Shown: positions 40,501-55,500 of the stretch, one piece after another
How positions within the stretch are numbered: position 1 is the first letter of the stretch
Layout: each line of letters begins with the position of its first letter
NCBI GenBank assembly: GCA_032718475.1
Contig: JAUCBJ010006683.1
Location: 1-64,000 of the forward strand
Length of the DNA stretch: 64,000 nucleotides
Reading direction: 5' to 3'
Source of the DNA: Nemertoderma westbladi
Lineage: Eukaryota; Animalia; Xenacoelomorpha
Program-made: the position numbers and the translations under genes
The notes under the pieces: model-generated
What the model saw: only the letters and a program-made list of their open reading frames with translations
Databases searched by the model: none
What the model was told of the DNA's origin: nothing

Positions 40501-43500
40501 GATTGATGAACTCCATATAGGAGTACTGATTCTAACTGCTGTATGATGGACTCCATATAGGAGTACTGGTTCTAACTGCTGTATGATGGACTACATATAG
40601 GAGTACTGGTTCTAACTGATTCTAACTTCTGATTGATGGACTCCATAAAGGAGTACTGGTTCTAACTTCTGATTGATGGTCTCCATATAGGAGTACTGGT
40701 TCTATCTGCTGTATGATGGACTCCATATAGGAAGGAGTACTGGTTCTAACTTCTGATTGATGGAATCCATATAGGAGTACTGGTTCTAACTGCTGTATGA
40801 TGGACTCCATATAGGAGTACTGATTCTAACTGCTGTATGATGGACTCCATATAGGAGTACTGGTTCTATCTGCTGTATGATGGACTCCATATAGGAAGGA
40901 GTACTGGTTCTAACTTCTGATTGATGGAATCCATATAGGAGTACTGGTTCTAACTTCTGATTGATGGACTCCATATAGGAGTACTGGTTCTAACTGCTGT
41001 ATGATGGACTCCATATAGGAGTACTGATTCTAACTGCTGTATGATGGACTCCATATAGGAGTACTGGTTCTAACTGCTGTATGATGGACTCCATATAGGA
41101 GTACTGGTTCTAACTGCTGTATGATGGACTCCATATAGGAGTACTGGTTCTAACTTATGATTGATGGACTGACTCCATATAGGAGTACTGGTTCTAACTT
41201 CTGATTGATGGACTCCATATAGGAGTACTGGTTCTAACTGCTGTATGATGGACTCCATATAGGAGTACTGGTTCTAACTCATGATTGATGGACTGACTCC
41301 ATATAGGAGTACTGGTTCTAACTGCTGTATGATGGACTCCATATAGGAGTACTGGTTCTAACTTATGATTGATGGACTGACTCCATATAGGAGTACTGGT
41401 TCTAACTTCTGATTGATGGACTCCATATAGGAGTACTGGTTGTAACTGCTGTATGATGGACTCCATATAGGAGTACTGGTTCTAACTGCTGTATGATGGA
41501 CTCCATATAGGAGTACTGGTTCTAACTTATGATTGATGGACTGACTCCATATAGGAGTACTGGTTCTAACTTCTGATTGATGGACTCCATATAGGAGTAC
41601 TGGTTCTAACTTATGATTGATGGACTGACTCCATATAGGAGTACTGGTTCTAACTTCTGATTGATGGACTCCATATAGGAGTACTGGTTCTAACTGCTGT
41701 ATGATGGACTCCATATAGGAGTACTGGTTCTAACTGCCGTATGATGGACTCCATATAGGAGTACTGGTTCTAACTGCTGTATGATGGACTCCATATAGGA
41801 GTACTGGTTCTAATTGCTGTATGATGGACTCCATATAGGAGTACTGGTTCTAACTTCTGATCGATGGACTCCATATAGGAGTACTGGTTCTAACTGCTGT
41901 ATGATGGACTCCATATAGGAGTACTGGTTCTAACTGCTGTATGATGGACTCCATATAGGAGTACTGGTTCTAACTTCTGATCGATGGACTCCATATAGGA
42001 GTACTGGTTCTCACTGCTGTATGATGGACTCCATATAGGAGTACTGGTTCTAACTGCTGTATGATGGACTCCATATAGGAGTACTGGTTCTAACTTCTGA
42101 TCGATGGACTCCATATAGGAGTACTGGTTCTAACTGCTGTATGATGGACTCCATATAGGAGTACTGGTTCTAACTGCTGTATGATGGACTCCATATAGGA
42201 GTACTGATTCTAACTGCTGTGGACTCCATATAGGAGTACTGGTTCTAACTGCTGTATGATGGACTCCATATAGGAGTACTGGTTCTAACTGCTGTATGAT
42301 GGACTCCATATAGGAGTACTGGTTCTAACTGCTGTATGATGGACTCCATATAAGAGTACTGGTTCTAACTTCTGATCGATGGACTCCATATAGGAGTACT
42401 GGTTCTAACTGCTGTATGATGGACTCCATATAGGAGTACTGGTTCTAACTGCCGTATGATGGACTCCATATAGGAGTACTGGTTCTAACTGCTGTATGTT
42501 GGACTCCATATAGGAGTACTGATTCTAACTGCTGTTTGATGGACTCCATATAGGAGTACTGGTTCTAACTGCTGTATGATGGACTCCATATAGGAGTACT
42601 GGTTCTAACTGCTGATTGATGAACTCCATATAGGAGTACTGGTTCTAACTGCTGTATGATGGACTCCATATAGGAGTACTGGTTCTAACTGCCGTATGAT
42701 GGACTCCATATAGGAGTACTGGTTCTAACTGCTGTATGATGGACTCCATATAGGAGTACTGGTTCTAACTGCTGTATGATGGACTCCACATAGGAGTACT
42801 GATTCTAACTGCTGTATGATGGTCTCCATATAGAAGTACTGGTTCTGACTGCTGTATGATGGACTCCATATAGGAGTACTGGTTCTAACTTATGATTGAT
42901 GGACTGACTCCATATAGGAGTACTGGTTCTAACTTCTGATTGATGGACTCCATATAGGAGTACTGGTTCTAACTGCTGTATGATGGACTCCATATAGGAG
43001 TACTGGTTCTAACTTATGATTGATGGACTGACTCCATATAGGAGTACTGGTTCTAACTGCTGTATGATGGACTCCATATAGGAGTACTGGTTCTAACTTA
43101 TGATTGATGGACTGACTCCATATAGGAGTACTGGTTCTAACTTCTGATTGATGGACTGACTCCATATAGGAGTACTGGTTCTAACTTCTGATTGATGGAC
43201 TCCATATAGGAGTACTGGTTCTAACTTATGATTGATGGACTGACTCCATATAGGAGTACTGGTTCTAACTTCTGATTGATGGACTCCATATAGGAGTACT
43301 GGTTCTAACTGCTGTATGATGGACTCCATATAGGAGTACTGGTTCTAACTGCCGTATGATGGACTCCATATAGGAGTACTGGTTCTAACTGCTGTATGAT
43401 GGACTCCATATAGGAGTACTGGTTCTAATTGCTGTATGATGGACTCCATATAGGAGTACTGGTTCTAACTTCTGATCGATGGACTCTATATAGGAGTACT

Positions 43501-46500
43501 GGTTCTAACTGCTGTATGATGGACTCCATATAGGAGTACTGGTTCTAACTGCTGTATGATGGACTCCATATAGGAGTACTGGTTCTAACTTCTGATCGAT
43601 GGACTCCATATAGGAGTACTGGTTCTCACTGCTGTATGATGGACTCCATATAGGAGTACTGGTTCTAACTGCTGTATGATGGACTCCATATAGGAGTACT
43701 GGTTCTAACTTCTGATTGATGGACTCCATATAGGAGTACTGGTTCTAACTGCAGTATGATGGACTCCATATAGGAGTACTGGTTCTAACTGCTGTATGAT
43801 GGACTCCATATAGGAGTACTGATTCTAACTGCTGTGGACTCCATATAGGAGTACTGGTTCTAACTGCTGTATGATGGACTCCATATAGGAGTACTGGTTC
43901 TAACTGCTGTATGATGGACTCCATATAGGAGTACTGGTTCTAACTGCTGTATGATGGACTCCATATAAGAGTACTGGTTCTAACTTCTGATCGATGGACT
44001 CCATATAGGAGTACTGGTTCTAACTGCTGTATGATGGACTCCATATAGGAGTACTGGTTCTAACTGCCGTATGATGGACTCCATATAGGAGTACTGGTTC
44101 TAACTGCTGTATGATGGACTCCATATAGGAGTACTGATTCTAACTGCTGTTTGATGGACTCCATATAGGAGTACTGGTTCTAACTGCTGTATGATGGACT
44201 CCATATAGGAGTACTGGTTCTAACTGCTGATTGATGAACTCCATATAGGAGTACTGGTTCTAACTGCTGTATGATGGACTCCATATAGGAGTACTGATTC
44301 TAACTGCTGTATGATGGACTCCATATAGGAGTACTGGTTCTATCTGCTGTATGATGGACTCCATATAGGAGTTCTGATTCTAACTGCTGTTTGATGGACT
44401 CCATATAGGAGTACTGGTTCTAACTGCTGTATGATGGACTCCACATAAGAGTACTGGTTCTAACTTCTGATCGATGGACTCCATATAGGAGTACTGGTTC
44501 TAACTGCTGTATGATGGACTCCATATAGGAGTACTGGTTCTAACTGCCGTATGATGGACTCCATATAGGAGTACTGGTTCTAACTGCTGTATGTTGGACT
44601 CCATATAGGAGTACTGATTCTAACTGCTGTTTGATGGACTCCATATAGGAGTACTGGTTCTAACTGCTGTATGATGGACTCCATATAGGAGTACTGGTTC
44701 TAACTGCTGATTGATGGAACTCCATATAGGAGTACTGGTTCTAACTGCTGTATGATGGACTCCATATAGGAGTACTGGTTCTAACTGCCGTATGATGGAC
44801 TCCATATAGGAGTACTGGTTCTAACTGCTGTATGATGGACTCCATATAGGAGTACTGGTTCTAACTGCTGTATGATGGACTCCACATAGGAGTACTGATT
44901 CTAACTGCTGTATGATGGTCTCCATATAGAAGTACTGGTTCTGACTGCTGTATGATGGACTCCATATAGGAGTACTGGTTCTAACTTATGATTGATGGAC
45001 TGACTCCATATAGGAGTACTGGTTCTAACTTCTGATTGATGGACTCCATATAGGAGTACTGGTTCTAACTGCTGTATGATGGACTCCATATAGGAGTACT
45101 GGTTCTAACTTATGATTGATGGACTGACTCCATATAGGAGTACTGGTTCTAACTGCTGTATGATGGACTCCATATAGGAGTACTGGTTCTAACTTATGAT
45201 TGATGGACTGACTCCATATAGGAGTACTGGTTCTAACTTCTGATTGATGGACTGACTCCATATAGGAGTACTGGTTCTAACTTCTGATTGATGGACTCCA
45301 TATAGGAGTACTGGTTCTAACTTATGATTGATGGACTGACTCCATATAGGAGTACTGGTTCTAACTTCTGATTGATGGACTCCATATAGGAGTACTGGTT
45401 CTAACTGCTGTATGATGGACTCCATATAGGAGTACTGGTTCTAACTGCCGTATGATGGACTCCATATAGGAGTACTGGTTCTAACTGCTGTATGATGGAC
45501 TCCATATAGGAGTACTGGTTCTAATTGCTGTATGATGGACTCCATATAGGAGTACTGGTTCTAACTTCTGATCGATGGACTCTATATAGGAGTACTGGTT
45601 CTAACTGCTGTATGATGGACTCCATATAGGAGTACTGGTTCTAACTGCTGTATGATGGACTCCATATAGGAGTACTGGTTCTAACTTCTGATCGATGGAC
45701 TCCATATAGGAGTACTGGTTCTCACTGCTGTATGATGGACTCCATATAGGAGTACTGGTTCTAACTGCTGTATGATGGACTCCATATAGGAGTACTGGTT
45801 CTAACTTCTGATCGATGGACTCCATATAGGAGTACTGGTTCTAACTGCTGTATGATGGACTCCATATAGGAGTACTGGTTCTAACTGCTGTATGATGGAC
45901 TCCATATAGGAGTACTGATTCTAACTGCTGTGGACTCCATATAGGAGTACTGGTTCTAACTGCTGTATGATGGACTCCATATAGGAGTACTGGTTCTAAC
46001 TGCTGTATGATGGACTCCATATAGGAGTACTGGTTCTAACTGCTGTATGATGGACTCCATATAAGAGTACTGGTTCTAACTTCTGATCGATGGACTCCAT
46101 ATAGGAGTACTGGTTCTAACTGCTGTATGATGGACTCCATATAGGAGTACTGGTTCTAACTGCCGTATGATGGACTCCATATAGGAGTACTGGTTCTAAC
46201 TGCTGTATGATGGACTCCATATAGGAGTACTGATTCTAACTGCTGTTTGATGGACTCCATATAGGAGTACTGGTTCTAACTGCTGTATGATGGACTCCAT
46301 ATAGGAGTACTGGTTCTAACTGCTGATTGATGAACTCCATATAGGAGTACTGGTTCTAACTGCTGTATGATGGACTCCATATAGGAGTACTGGTTCTAAC
46401 TGCTGTATGATGGACTCCATATAGGAGTACTGGTTCTAACTGCTGTATGATGGACTCCATATAGGAGTACTGATTCTAACTGCTGTTTGATGGACTCCAT

Positions 46501-49500
46501 ATAGGAGTACTGGTTCTAACTGCTGTATGATGGACTCCACATAGGAGTACTGATTCTAACTGCTGTATGATGGTCTCCATATAGAAGTACTGGTTCTGAC
46601 TGCTGTATGATGGACTCCATATAGGAGTACTGGTTCTAACTTATGATTGATGGACTGACTCCATATAGGAGTACTGGTTCTAACTTCTGATTGATGGACT
46701 CCATATAGGAGTACTGGTTCTAACTGCTGTATGATGGACTCCATATAGGAGTACTGGTTCTAACTGCCGTATGATGGACTCCATATAGGAGTACTGGTTC
46801 TAACTGCTGTATGATGGACTCCATATAGGAGTACTGGTTCTAATTGCTGTATGATGGACTCCATATAGGAGTACTGGTTCTAACTTCTGATCGATGGACT
46901 CTATATAGGAGTACTGGTTCTAACTGCTGTATGATGGACTCCATATAGGAGTACTGGTTCTAACTGCTGTATGATGGACTCCATATAGGAGTACTGGTTC
47001 TAACTTCTGATCGATGGACTCCATATAGGAGTACTGGTTCTCACTGCTGTATGATGGACTCCATATAGGAGTACTGGTTCTAACTGCTGTATGATGGACT
47101 CCATATAGGAGTACTGGTTCTAACTTCTGATTGATGGACTCCATATAGGAGTACTGGTTCTAACTGCTGTATGATGGACTCCATATAGGAGTACTGGTTC
47201 TAACTGCTGTATGATGGACTCCATATAGGAGTACTGATTCTAACTGCTGTGGACTCCATATAGGAGTACTGGTTCTAACTGCTGTATGATGGACTCCATA
47301 TAGGAGTACTGGTTCTAACTGCTGTATGATGGACTCCATATAGGAGTACTGGTTCTAACTGCTGTATGATGGACTCCATATAAGAGTACTGGTTCTAACT
47401 TCTGATCGATGGACTCCATATAGGAGTACTGGTTCTAACTGCTGTATGATGGACTCCATATAGGAGTACTGGTTCTAACTGCCGTATGATGGACTCCATA
47501 TAGGAGTACTGGTTCTAACTGCTGTATGATGGACTCCATATAGGAGTACTGATTCTAACTGCTGTTTGATGGACTCCATATAGGAGTACTGGTTCTAACT
47601 GCTGTATGATGGACTCCATATAGGAGTACTGGTTCTAACTGCTGATTGATGAACTCCATATAGGAGTACTGGTTCTAACTGCTGTATGATGGACTCCATA
47701 TAGGAGTACTGGTTCTAACTGCTGTATGATGGACTCCATATAGGAGTACTGGTTCTATCTGCTGTATGATGGACTCCATATAGGAGTTCTGATTCTAACT
47801 GCTGTTTGATGGACTCCATATAGGAGTACTGGTTCTAACTGCTGTATGATGGACTCCACATAGGAGTACTGATTCTAACTGCTGTATGATGGTCTCCATA
47901 TAGAAGTACTGGTTCTGACTGCTGTATGATGGACTCCATATAGGAGTACTGGTTCTAACTTATGATTGATGGACTGACTCCATATAGGAGTACTGGTTCT
48001 AACTTCTGATTGATGGACTCCATATAGGAGTACTGGTTCTAACTGCTGTATGATGGACTCCATATAGGAGTACTGGTTCTAACTTATGATTGATGGACTG
48101 ACTCCATATAGGAGTACTGGTTCTAACTGCTGTATGATGGACTCCATATAGGAGTACTGGTTCTAACTTATGATTGATGGACTGACTCCATATAGGAGTA
48201 CTGGTTCTAACTTCTGATTGATGGACTCCATATAGGAGTACTGGTTCTAACTTATGATTGATGGACTGACTCCATATAGGAGTACTGGTTCTAACTTCTG
48301 ATTGATGGACTCCATATAGGAGTACTGGTTCTAACTTATGATTGATGGACTGACTCCATATAGGAGTACTGGTTCTAACTTCTGATTGATGGACTCCATA
48401 TAGGAGTACTGGTTCTAACTGCTGTATGATGGACTCCATATAGGAGTACTGGTTCTAACTGCCGTATGATGGACTCCATATAGGAGTACTGGTTCTAACT
48501 GCTGTATGATGGACTCCATATAGGAGTACTGGTTCTAATTGCTGTATGATGGACTCCATATAGGAGTACTGGTTCTAACTTCTGATCGATGGACTCCATA
48601 TAGGAGTACTGGTTCTAACTGCTGTATGATGGACTCCATATAGGAGTACTGGTTCTAACTGCTGTATGATGGACTCCATATAGGAGTACTGGTTCTAACT
48701 TCTGATCGATGGACTCCATATAGGAGTACTGGTTCTCACTGCTGTATGATGGACTCCATAAAGGAGTACTGGTTCTAACTGCTGTATGATGGACTCCATA
48801 TAGGAGTACTGGTTCTAACTTCTGATCGATGGACTCCATATAGGAGTACTGGTTCTAACTGCTGTATGATGGACTCCATATAGGAGTACTGGTTCTAACT
48901 GCTGTATGATGGACTCCATATAGGAGTACTGATTCTAACTGCTGTGGACTCCATATAGGAGTACTGGTTCTAACTGCTGTATGATGGACTCCATATAGGA
49001 GTACTGGTTCTAACTGCTGTATGATGGACTCCATATAGGAGTACTGGTTCTAACTGCTGTATGATGGACTCCATATAAGAGTACTGGTTCTAACTTCTGA
49101 TCGATGGACTCCATATAGGAGTACTGGTTCTAACTGCTGTATGATGGACTCCATATAGGAGTACTGGTTCTAACTGCCGTATGATGGACTCCATATAGGA
49201 GTACTGGTTCTAACTGCTGTATGATGGACTCCATATAGGAGTACTGATTCTAACTGCTGTTTGATGGACTCCATATAGGAGTACTGGTTCTAACTGCTGT
49301 ATGATGGACTCCATATAGGAGTACTGGTTCTAACTGCTGATTGATGAACTCCATATAGGAGTACTGGTTCTAACTGCTGTATGATGGACTCCATATAGGA
49401 GTACTGGTTCTAACTGCCGTATGATGGACTCCATATAGGAGTACTGGTTCTAACTGCTGTATGATGGACTCCATATAGGAGTACTGATTCTAACTGCTGT

Positions 49501-52500
49501 TTGATGGACTCCATATAGGAGTACTGGTTCTAACTGCTGTATGATGGACTCCACATAGGAGTACTGATTCTAACTGCTGTATGATGGTCTCCATATAGAA
49601 GTACTGGTTCTGACTTATGATTGATGGACTGACTCCATATAGGAGTACTGGTTCTAACTGCTGTATGATGGACTCCATATAGGAGTACTGATTCTAACTG
49701 CTGTTTGATGGACTCCATATAGGAGTACTGGTTCTAACTGCTGTATGGTGGACTCCATATAGGAGTACTGGTTCTAACTGCTGATTGATGAACTCCATAT
49801 AGGAGTACTGGTTCTAACTACTGTATGATGGACTCCATATAGGAGTACTGGTTCTAACTGCCGTATGATGGACTCCATATAGGAGTACTGGTCCTAACTG
49901 CTGTATGATGGACTCCATATAGGAGTACTGATTCTAACTGCTGTTTGATGGACTCCATATAGGAGTACTGGTTCTAACTGCTGTATGATGGACTCCATAT
50001 AGGAGTACTGATTCTAACTGCTGTTTGATGGACTCCATATAGGAGTACTGGTTCTAACTGCTGTATGATGGACTCCACATAGGAGTACTGATTCTAACTG
50101 CTGTATGATGGACTCCATATAGGAGTACTGGTTCTAACTTATGATTGATGGACTGACTCCATATAGGAGTACTGGTTCTAACTTCTGATTGATGGACTCC
50201 ATATAGGAGTACTGGTTCTAACTGCTGTATGATGGACTCCATATAGGAGTACTGGTTCTAACTTATGATTGATGGACTGACTCCATATAGGAGTACTGGT
50301 TCTAACTGCTGTATGATGGACTCCATATAGGAGTACTGGTTCTAACTTATGATTGATGGACTGACTCCATATAGGAGTACTGGTTCTAACTTCTGATTGA
50401 TGGACTCCATATAGGAGTACTGGTTGTAACTGCTGTATGATGGACTCCATATAGGAGTACTGGTTCTAACTGCTGTATGATGGACTCCATATAGGAGTAC
50501 TGGTTCTAACTTATGATTGATGGACTGACTCCATATAGGAGTACTGGTTCTAACTTCTGATTGATGGACTGACTCCATATAGGAGTACTGGTTCTAACTT
50601 CTGATTGATGGACTCCATATAGGAGTACTGGTTCTAACTTATGATTGATGGACTGACTCCATATAGGAGTACTGGTTCTAACTTCTGATTGATGGACTCC
50701 ATATAGGAGTACTGGTTCTAACTGCTGTATGATGGACTCCATATAGGAGTACTGGTTCTAACTGCCGTATGATGGACTCCATATAGGAGTACTGGTTCTA
50801 ACTGCTGTATGATGGACTCCATATAGGAGTACTGGTTCTAATTGCTGTATGATGGACTCCATATAGGAGTACTGGTTCTAACTTCTGATCGATGGACTCC
50901 ATATAGGAGTACTGGTTCTAACTGCTGTATGATGGACTCCATATAGGAGTACTGGTTCTAACTGCTGTATGATGGACTCCATATAGGAGTACTGGTTCTA
51001 ACTTCTGATCGATGGACTCCATATAGGAGTACTGGTTCTCACTGCTGTATGATGGACTCCATATAGGAGTACTGGTTCTAACTGCTGTATGATGGACTCC
51101 ATATAGGAGTACTGGTTCTAACTTCTGATCGATGGACTCCATATAGGAGTACTGGTTCTAACTGCTGTATGATGGACTCCATATAGGAGTACTGGTTCTA
51201 ACTGCTGTATGATGGACTCCATATAGGAGTACTGATTCTAACTGCTGTGGACTCCATATAGGAGTACTGGTTCTAACTGCTGTATGATGGACTCCATATA
51301 GGAGTACTGGTTCTAACTGCTGTATGATGGACTCCATATAGGAGTACTGGTTCTAACTGCTGTATGATGGACTCCATATAAGAGTACTGGTTCTAACTTC
51401 TGATCGATGGACTCCATATAGGAGTACTGGTTCTAACTGCTGTATGATGGACTCCATATAGGAGTACTGGTTCTAACTGCCGTATGATGGACTCCATATA
51501 GGAGTACTGGTTCTAACTGCTGTATGATGGACTCCATATAGGAGTACTGATTCTAACTGCTGTTTGATGGACTCCATATAGGAGTACTGGTTCTAACTGC
51601 TGTATGATGGACTCCATATAGGAGTACTGGTTCTAACTGCTGATTGATGAACTCCATATAGGAGTACTGGTTCTAACTGCTGTATGATGGACTCCATATA
51701 GGAGTACTGGTTCTAACTGCCGTATGATGGACTCCATATAGGAGTACTGGTTCTAACTGCTGTATGATGGACTCCATATAGGAGTACTGATTCTAACTGC
51801 TGTTTGATGGACTCCATATAGGAGTACTGGTTCTAACTGCTGTATGATGGACTCCACATAGGAGTACTGATTCTAACTGCTGTATGATGGTCTCCATATA
51901 GAAGTACTGGTTCTGACTGCTGTATGATGGACTCCATATAGGAGTACTGGTTCTATCTGCTGTATGATGGACTCCATATAGGAAGGAGTACTGGTTCTAA
52001 CTTCTGATTGATGGAATCCATATAGGAGTACTGGTTCTAACTGCTGTATGATGGACTCCATATAGGAGTACTGATTCTAACTGCTGTATGATGGACTCCA
52101 TATAGGAGTACTGGTTCTAACTGCTGTATGATGGACTCCATATAGGAGTACTGGTTCTAACTGCTGTATGATGGACTCCATATAGGAGTACTGGTTCTAA
52201 CTTATGATTGATGGACTGACTCCATATAGGAGTACTGGTTCTAACTGCTGTATGATGGACTCCATATAGGAGTACTGGTTCTAACTTCTGATTGATGGAC
52301 TCCATATAGGAGTACTGGTTCTAACTGCTGTATGATGGACTCCATATAGGAGTACTGGTTCTAACTGATGTATGATGGACTCCATATAGGAGTACTGGTT
52401 CTAACTTATGATTGATGGACTGACTCCATATAGGAGTACTGGTTCTAACTTATGATTGATGGACTGACTCCATATAGGAGTACTGGTTCTAACTTCTGAT

Positions 52501-55500
52501 TGATGGACTCCATATAGGAGTACTGGTTCTAACTTCTGATTGATGGACTCCATATAGGAGTACTGGTTCTAACTGCTGTATGATGGACTCCATATAGGAG
52601 TACTGGTTCTAACTTATGATTGATGGACTGACTCCATATAGGAGTACTGGCTCTAACTTCTGATTGATGGACTCCATATAGGAGTACTGGTTCTAACTGC
52701 TGTATGATGGACTCCATATAGGAGTACTGGTTCTAACTGCTGTATGATGGAATCCATATATGAATACTGGTTCCTGGTTCTATCTGCTGATTGATGCTCC
52801 ATATAGGAGTACTGGTTCTAACTGATGTATGATGGACTCCATATAGGAGTACTGGTTCTAACTGCTGTATGATGGACTCCATATAGGAGTACTGATTCTA
52901 ACTGCTGTATGATGGACTCCATATAGGAGTTCTAACTGCTGTATGATGGACTCCATTTAGGAGTACTGGTTCTAACTTTTGTATGATGGACTCCATATAG
53001 GAGTACTGATTCTAACTGCTGTATGATGGACTCCATATAGGAGTACTGGTTCTAACTTCTGATTGATGGACTCCATATAGGAGTACTGGTTCTAACTGAT
53101 GTATGATGGACTCCACATAGGAGTACTGGTTCTAACTGCTGTATGATGGACTCCATATAGGAGTACTGGTTCTAACTGCTGTATGATGGACTCCATATAG
53201 GAGTACTGGTTCTAACTTCTGATTGATGGACTCCATAAAGGAGTACTAGTTCTAACTTCTGATTGATGGACTCCATATAGGAGTACTGGTTCTAACTGCT
53301 GTATGATGGACACCATATTGGAGTACTGGTTCTAACTTCTAATTGATGGAATCCATATAGGAGTACTGGTTCTAACTTCTGATTGATGGACTCCATAAAG
53401 GAGTACTGGTTCTAACTTCTGATTGATGGACTCCATATAGGAGTACTGGTCCTATATAGGTGTACTGATTCTAACTGCTGTATGATGGTCTCCATATAGG
53501 AGTACTGGTTCTATCTGCTGTATGATGGACTCCATATAGGAAGGAGTACTGGTTCTAACTGCTGTATGATGGACTCCATATAGGAGTACTGGTTCTAACT
53601 TCTGATTGATGGACTCCATATAGGAGTACTGGTTCTAACTGCTGTATGATGGACTCCATATAGGAGTACTGGTTCTATCTGCTGTATGATGGACTCCATA
53701 TAGGAAGGAGTACTGGTTCTAACTGCTGTATGATGGACTCCATATAGGAGTACTGGTTCTATCTGCTGTATGATGGACTCCATATAGGAAGGAGTACTGG
53801 TTCTAACTTCTGATTGATGGAATCCATATAGGAGTACTGGTTCTAACTGCTGTATGATGGACTCCATATAGGAGTACTGATTCTAACTGCTGTATGATGG
53901 ACTCCATATAGGAGTACTGGTTCTAACTGCTGTATGATGGACTCCATATAGGAGTACTGGTTCTAACTGCTGTATGATGGACTCCATATAGGAGTACTGG
54001 TTCTAACTTATGATTGATGGACTGACTCCATATAGGAGTACTGGTTCTAACTGCTGTATGATGGACTCCATATAGTAGGAGTACTGGTTCTAACTTCTGA
54101 TTGATGGACTCCATATAGGAGTACTGGTTCTAACTGCTGTATGATGGACTCCATATAGGAGTACTGGTTCTAACTGATGTATGATGGACTCCATATAGGA
54201 GTACTGGTTCTAACTTATGATTGATGGACTGACTCCATATAGGAGTACTGGTTCTAACTTATGATTGATGGACTGACTCCATATAGGAGTACTGGTTCTA
54301 ACTTCTGATTGATGGACTCCATATAGGAGTACTGGTTCTAACTTCTGATTGATGGACTCCATATAGGAGTACTGGTTCTAACTGCTGTATGATGGACTCC
54401 ATATAGGAGTACTGGTTCTAACTTATGATTGATGGACTGACTCCATATAGGAGTACTGGCTCTAACTTCTGATTGATGGACTCCATATAGGAGTACTGGT
54501 TCTAACTGCTGTATGATGGACTCCATATAGGAGTACTGGTTCTAACTGCTGTATGATGGAATCCATATATGAATACTGGTTCCTGGTTCTATCTGCTGAT
54601 TGATGCTCCATATAGGAGTACTGGTTCTAACTGATGTATGATGGACTCCATATAGGAGTACTGGTTCTAACTGCTGTATGATGGACTCCATATAAGAGTA
54701 CTGATTCTAACTGCTGTATGATGGACTCCATATAGGAGTTCTAACTGCTGTATGATGGACTCCATTTAGGAGTACTGGTTCTAACTTTTGTATGATGGAC
54801 TCCATATAGGAGTACTGATTCTAACTGCTGTATGATGGACTCCATATAGGAGTACTGGTTCTAACTTCTGATTGATGGAATCCATATAGGAGTACTGGTT
54901 CTAACTGATGTATGATGGACTCCACATAGGAGTACTGGTTCTAACTGCTGTATGATGGACTCCATATAGGAGTACTGGTTCTAACTGCTGTATGATGGAC
55001 TCCATATAGGAGTACTGGTTCTAACTTCTGATTGATGGACTCCATAAAGGAGTACTAGTTCTAACTTCTGATTGATGGACTCCATATAGGAGTACTGGTT
55101 CTAACTGCTGTATGATGGACACCATATTGGAGTACTGGTTCAAACTTCTAATTGATGGAATCCATATAGGAGTACTGGTTCTAACTTCTGATTGATGGAC
55201 TCCATAAAGGAGTACTGGTTCTAACTTCTGATTGATGGACTCCATATAGGAGTACTGGTCCTATATAGGTGTACTGATTCTAACTGCTGTATGATGGTCT
55301 CCATATAGGAGTACTGGTTCTATCTGCTGTATGATGGACTCCATATAGGAAGGAGTACTGGTTCTAACTGCTGTATGATGGACTCCATATAGGAGTACTG
55401 GTTCTAACTTCTGATTGATGGACTCCATATAGGAGTACTGGTTCTAACTGCTGTATGATGGACTCCATATAGGAGTACTGGTTCTATCTGCTGTATGATG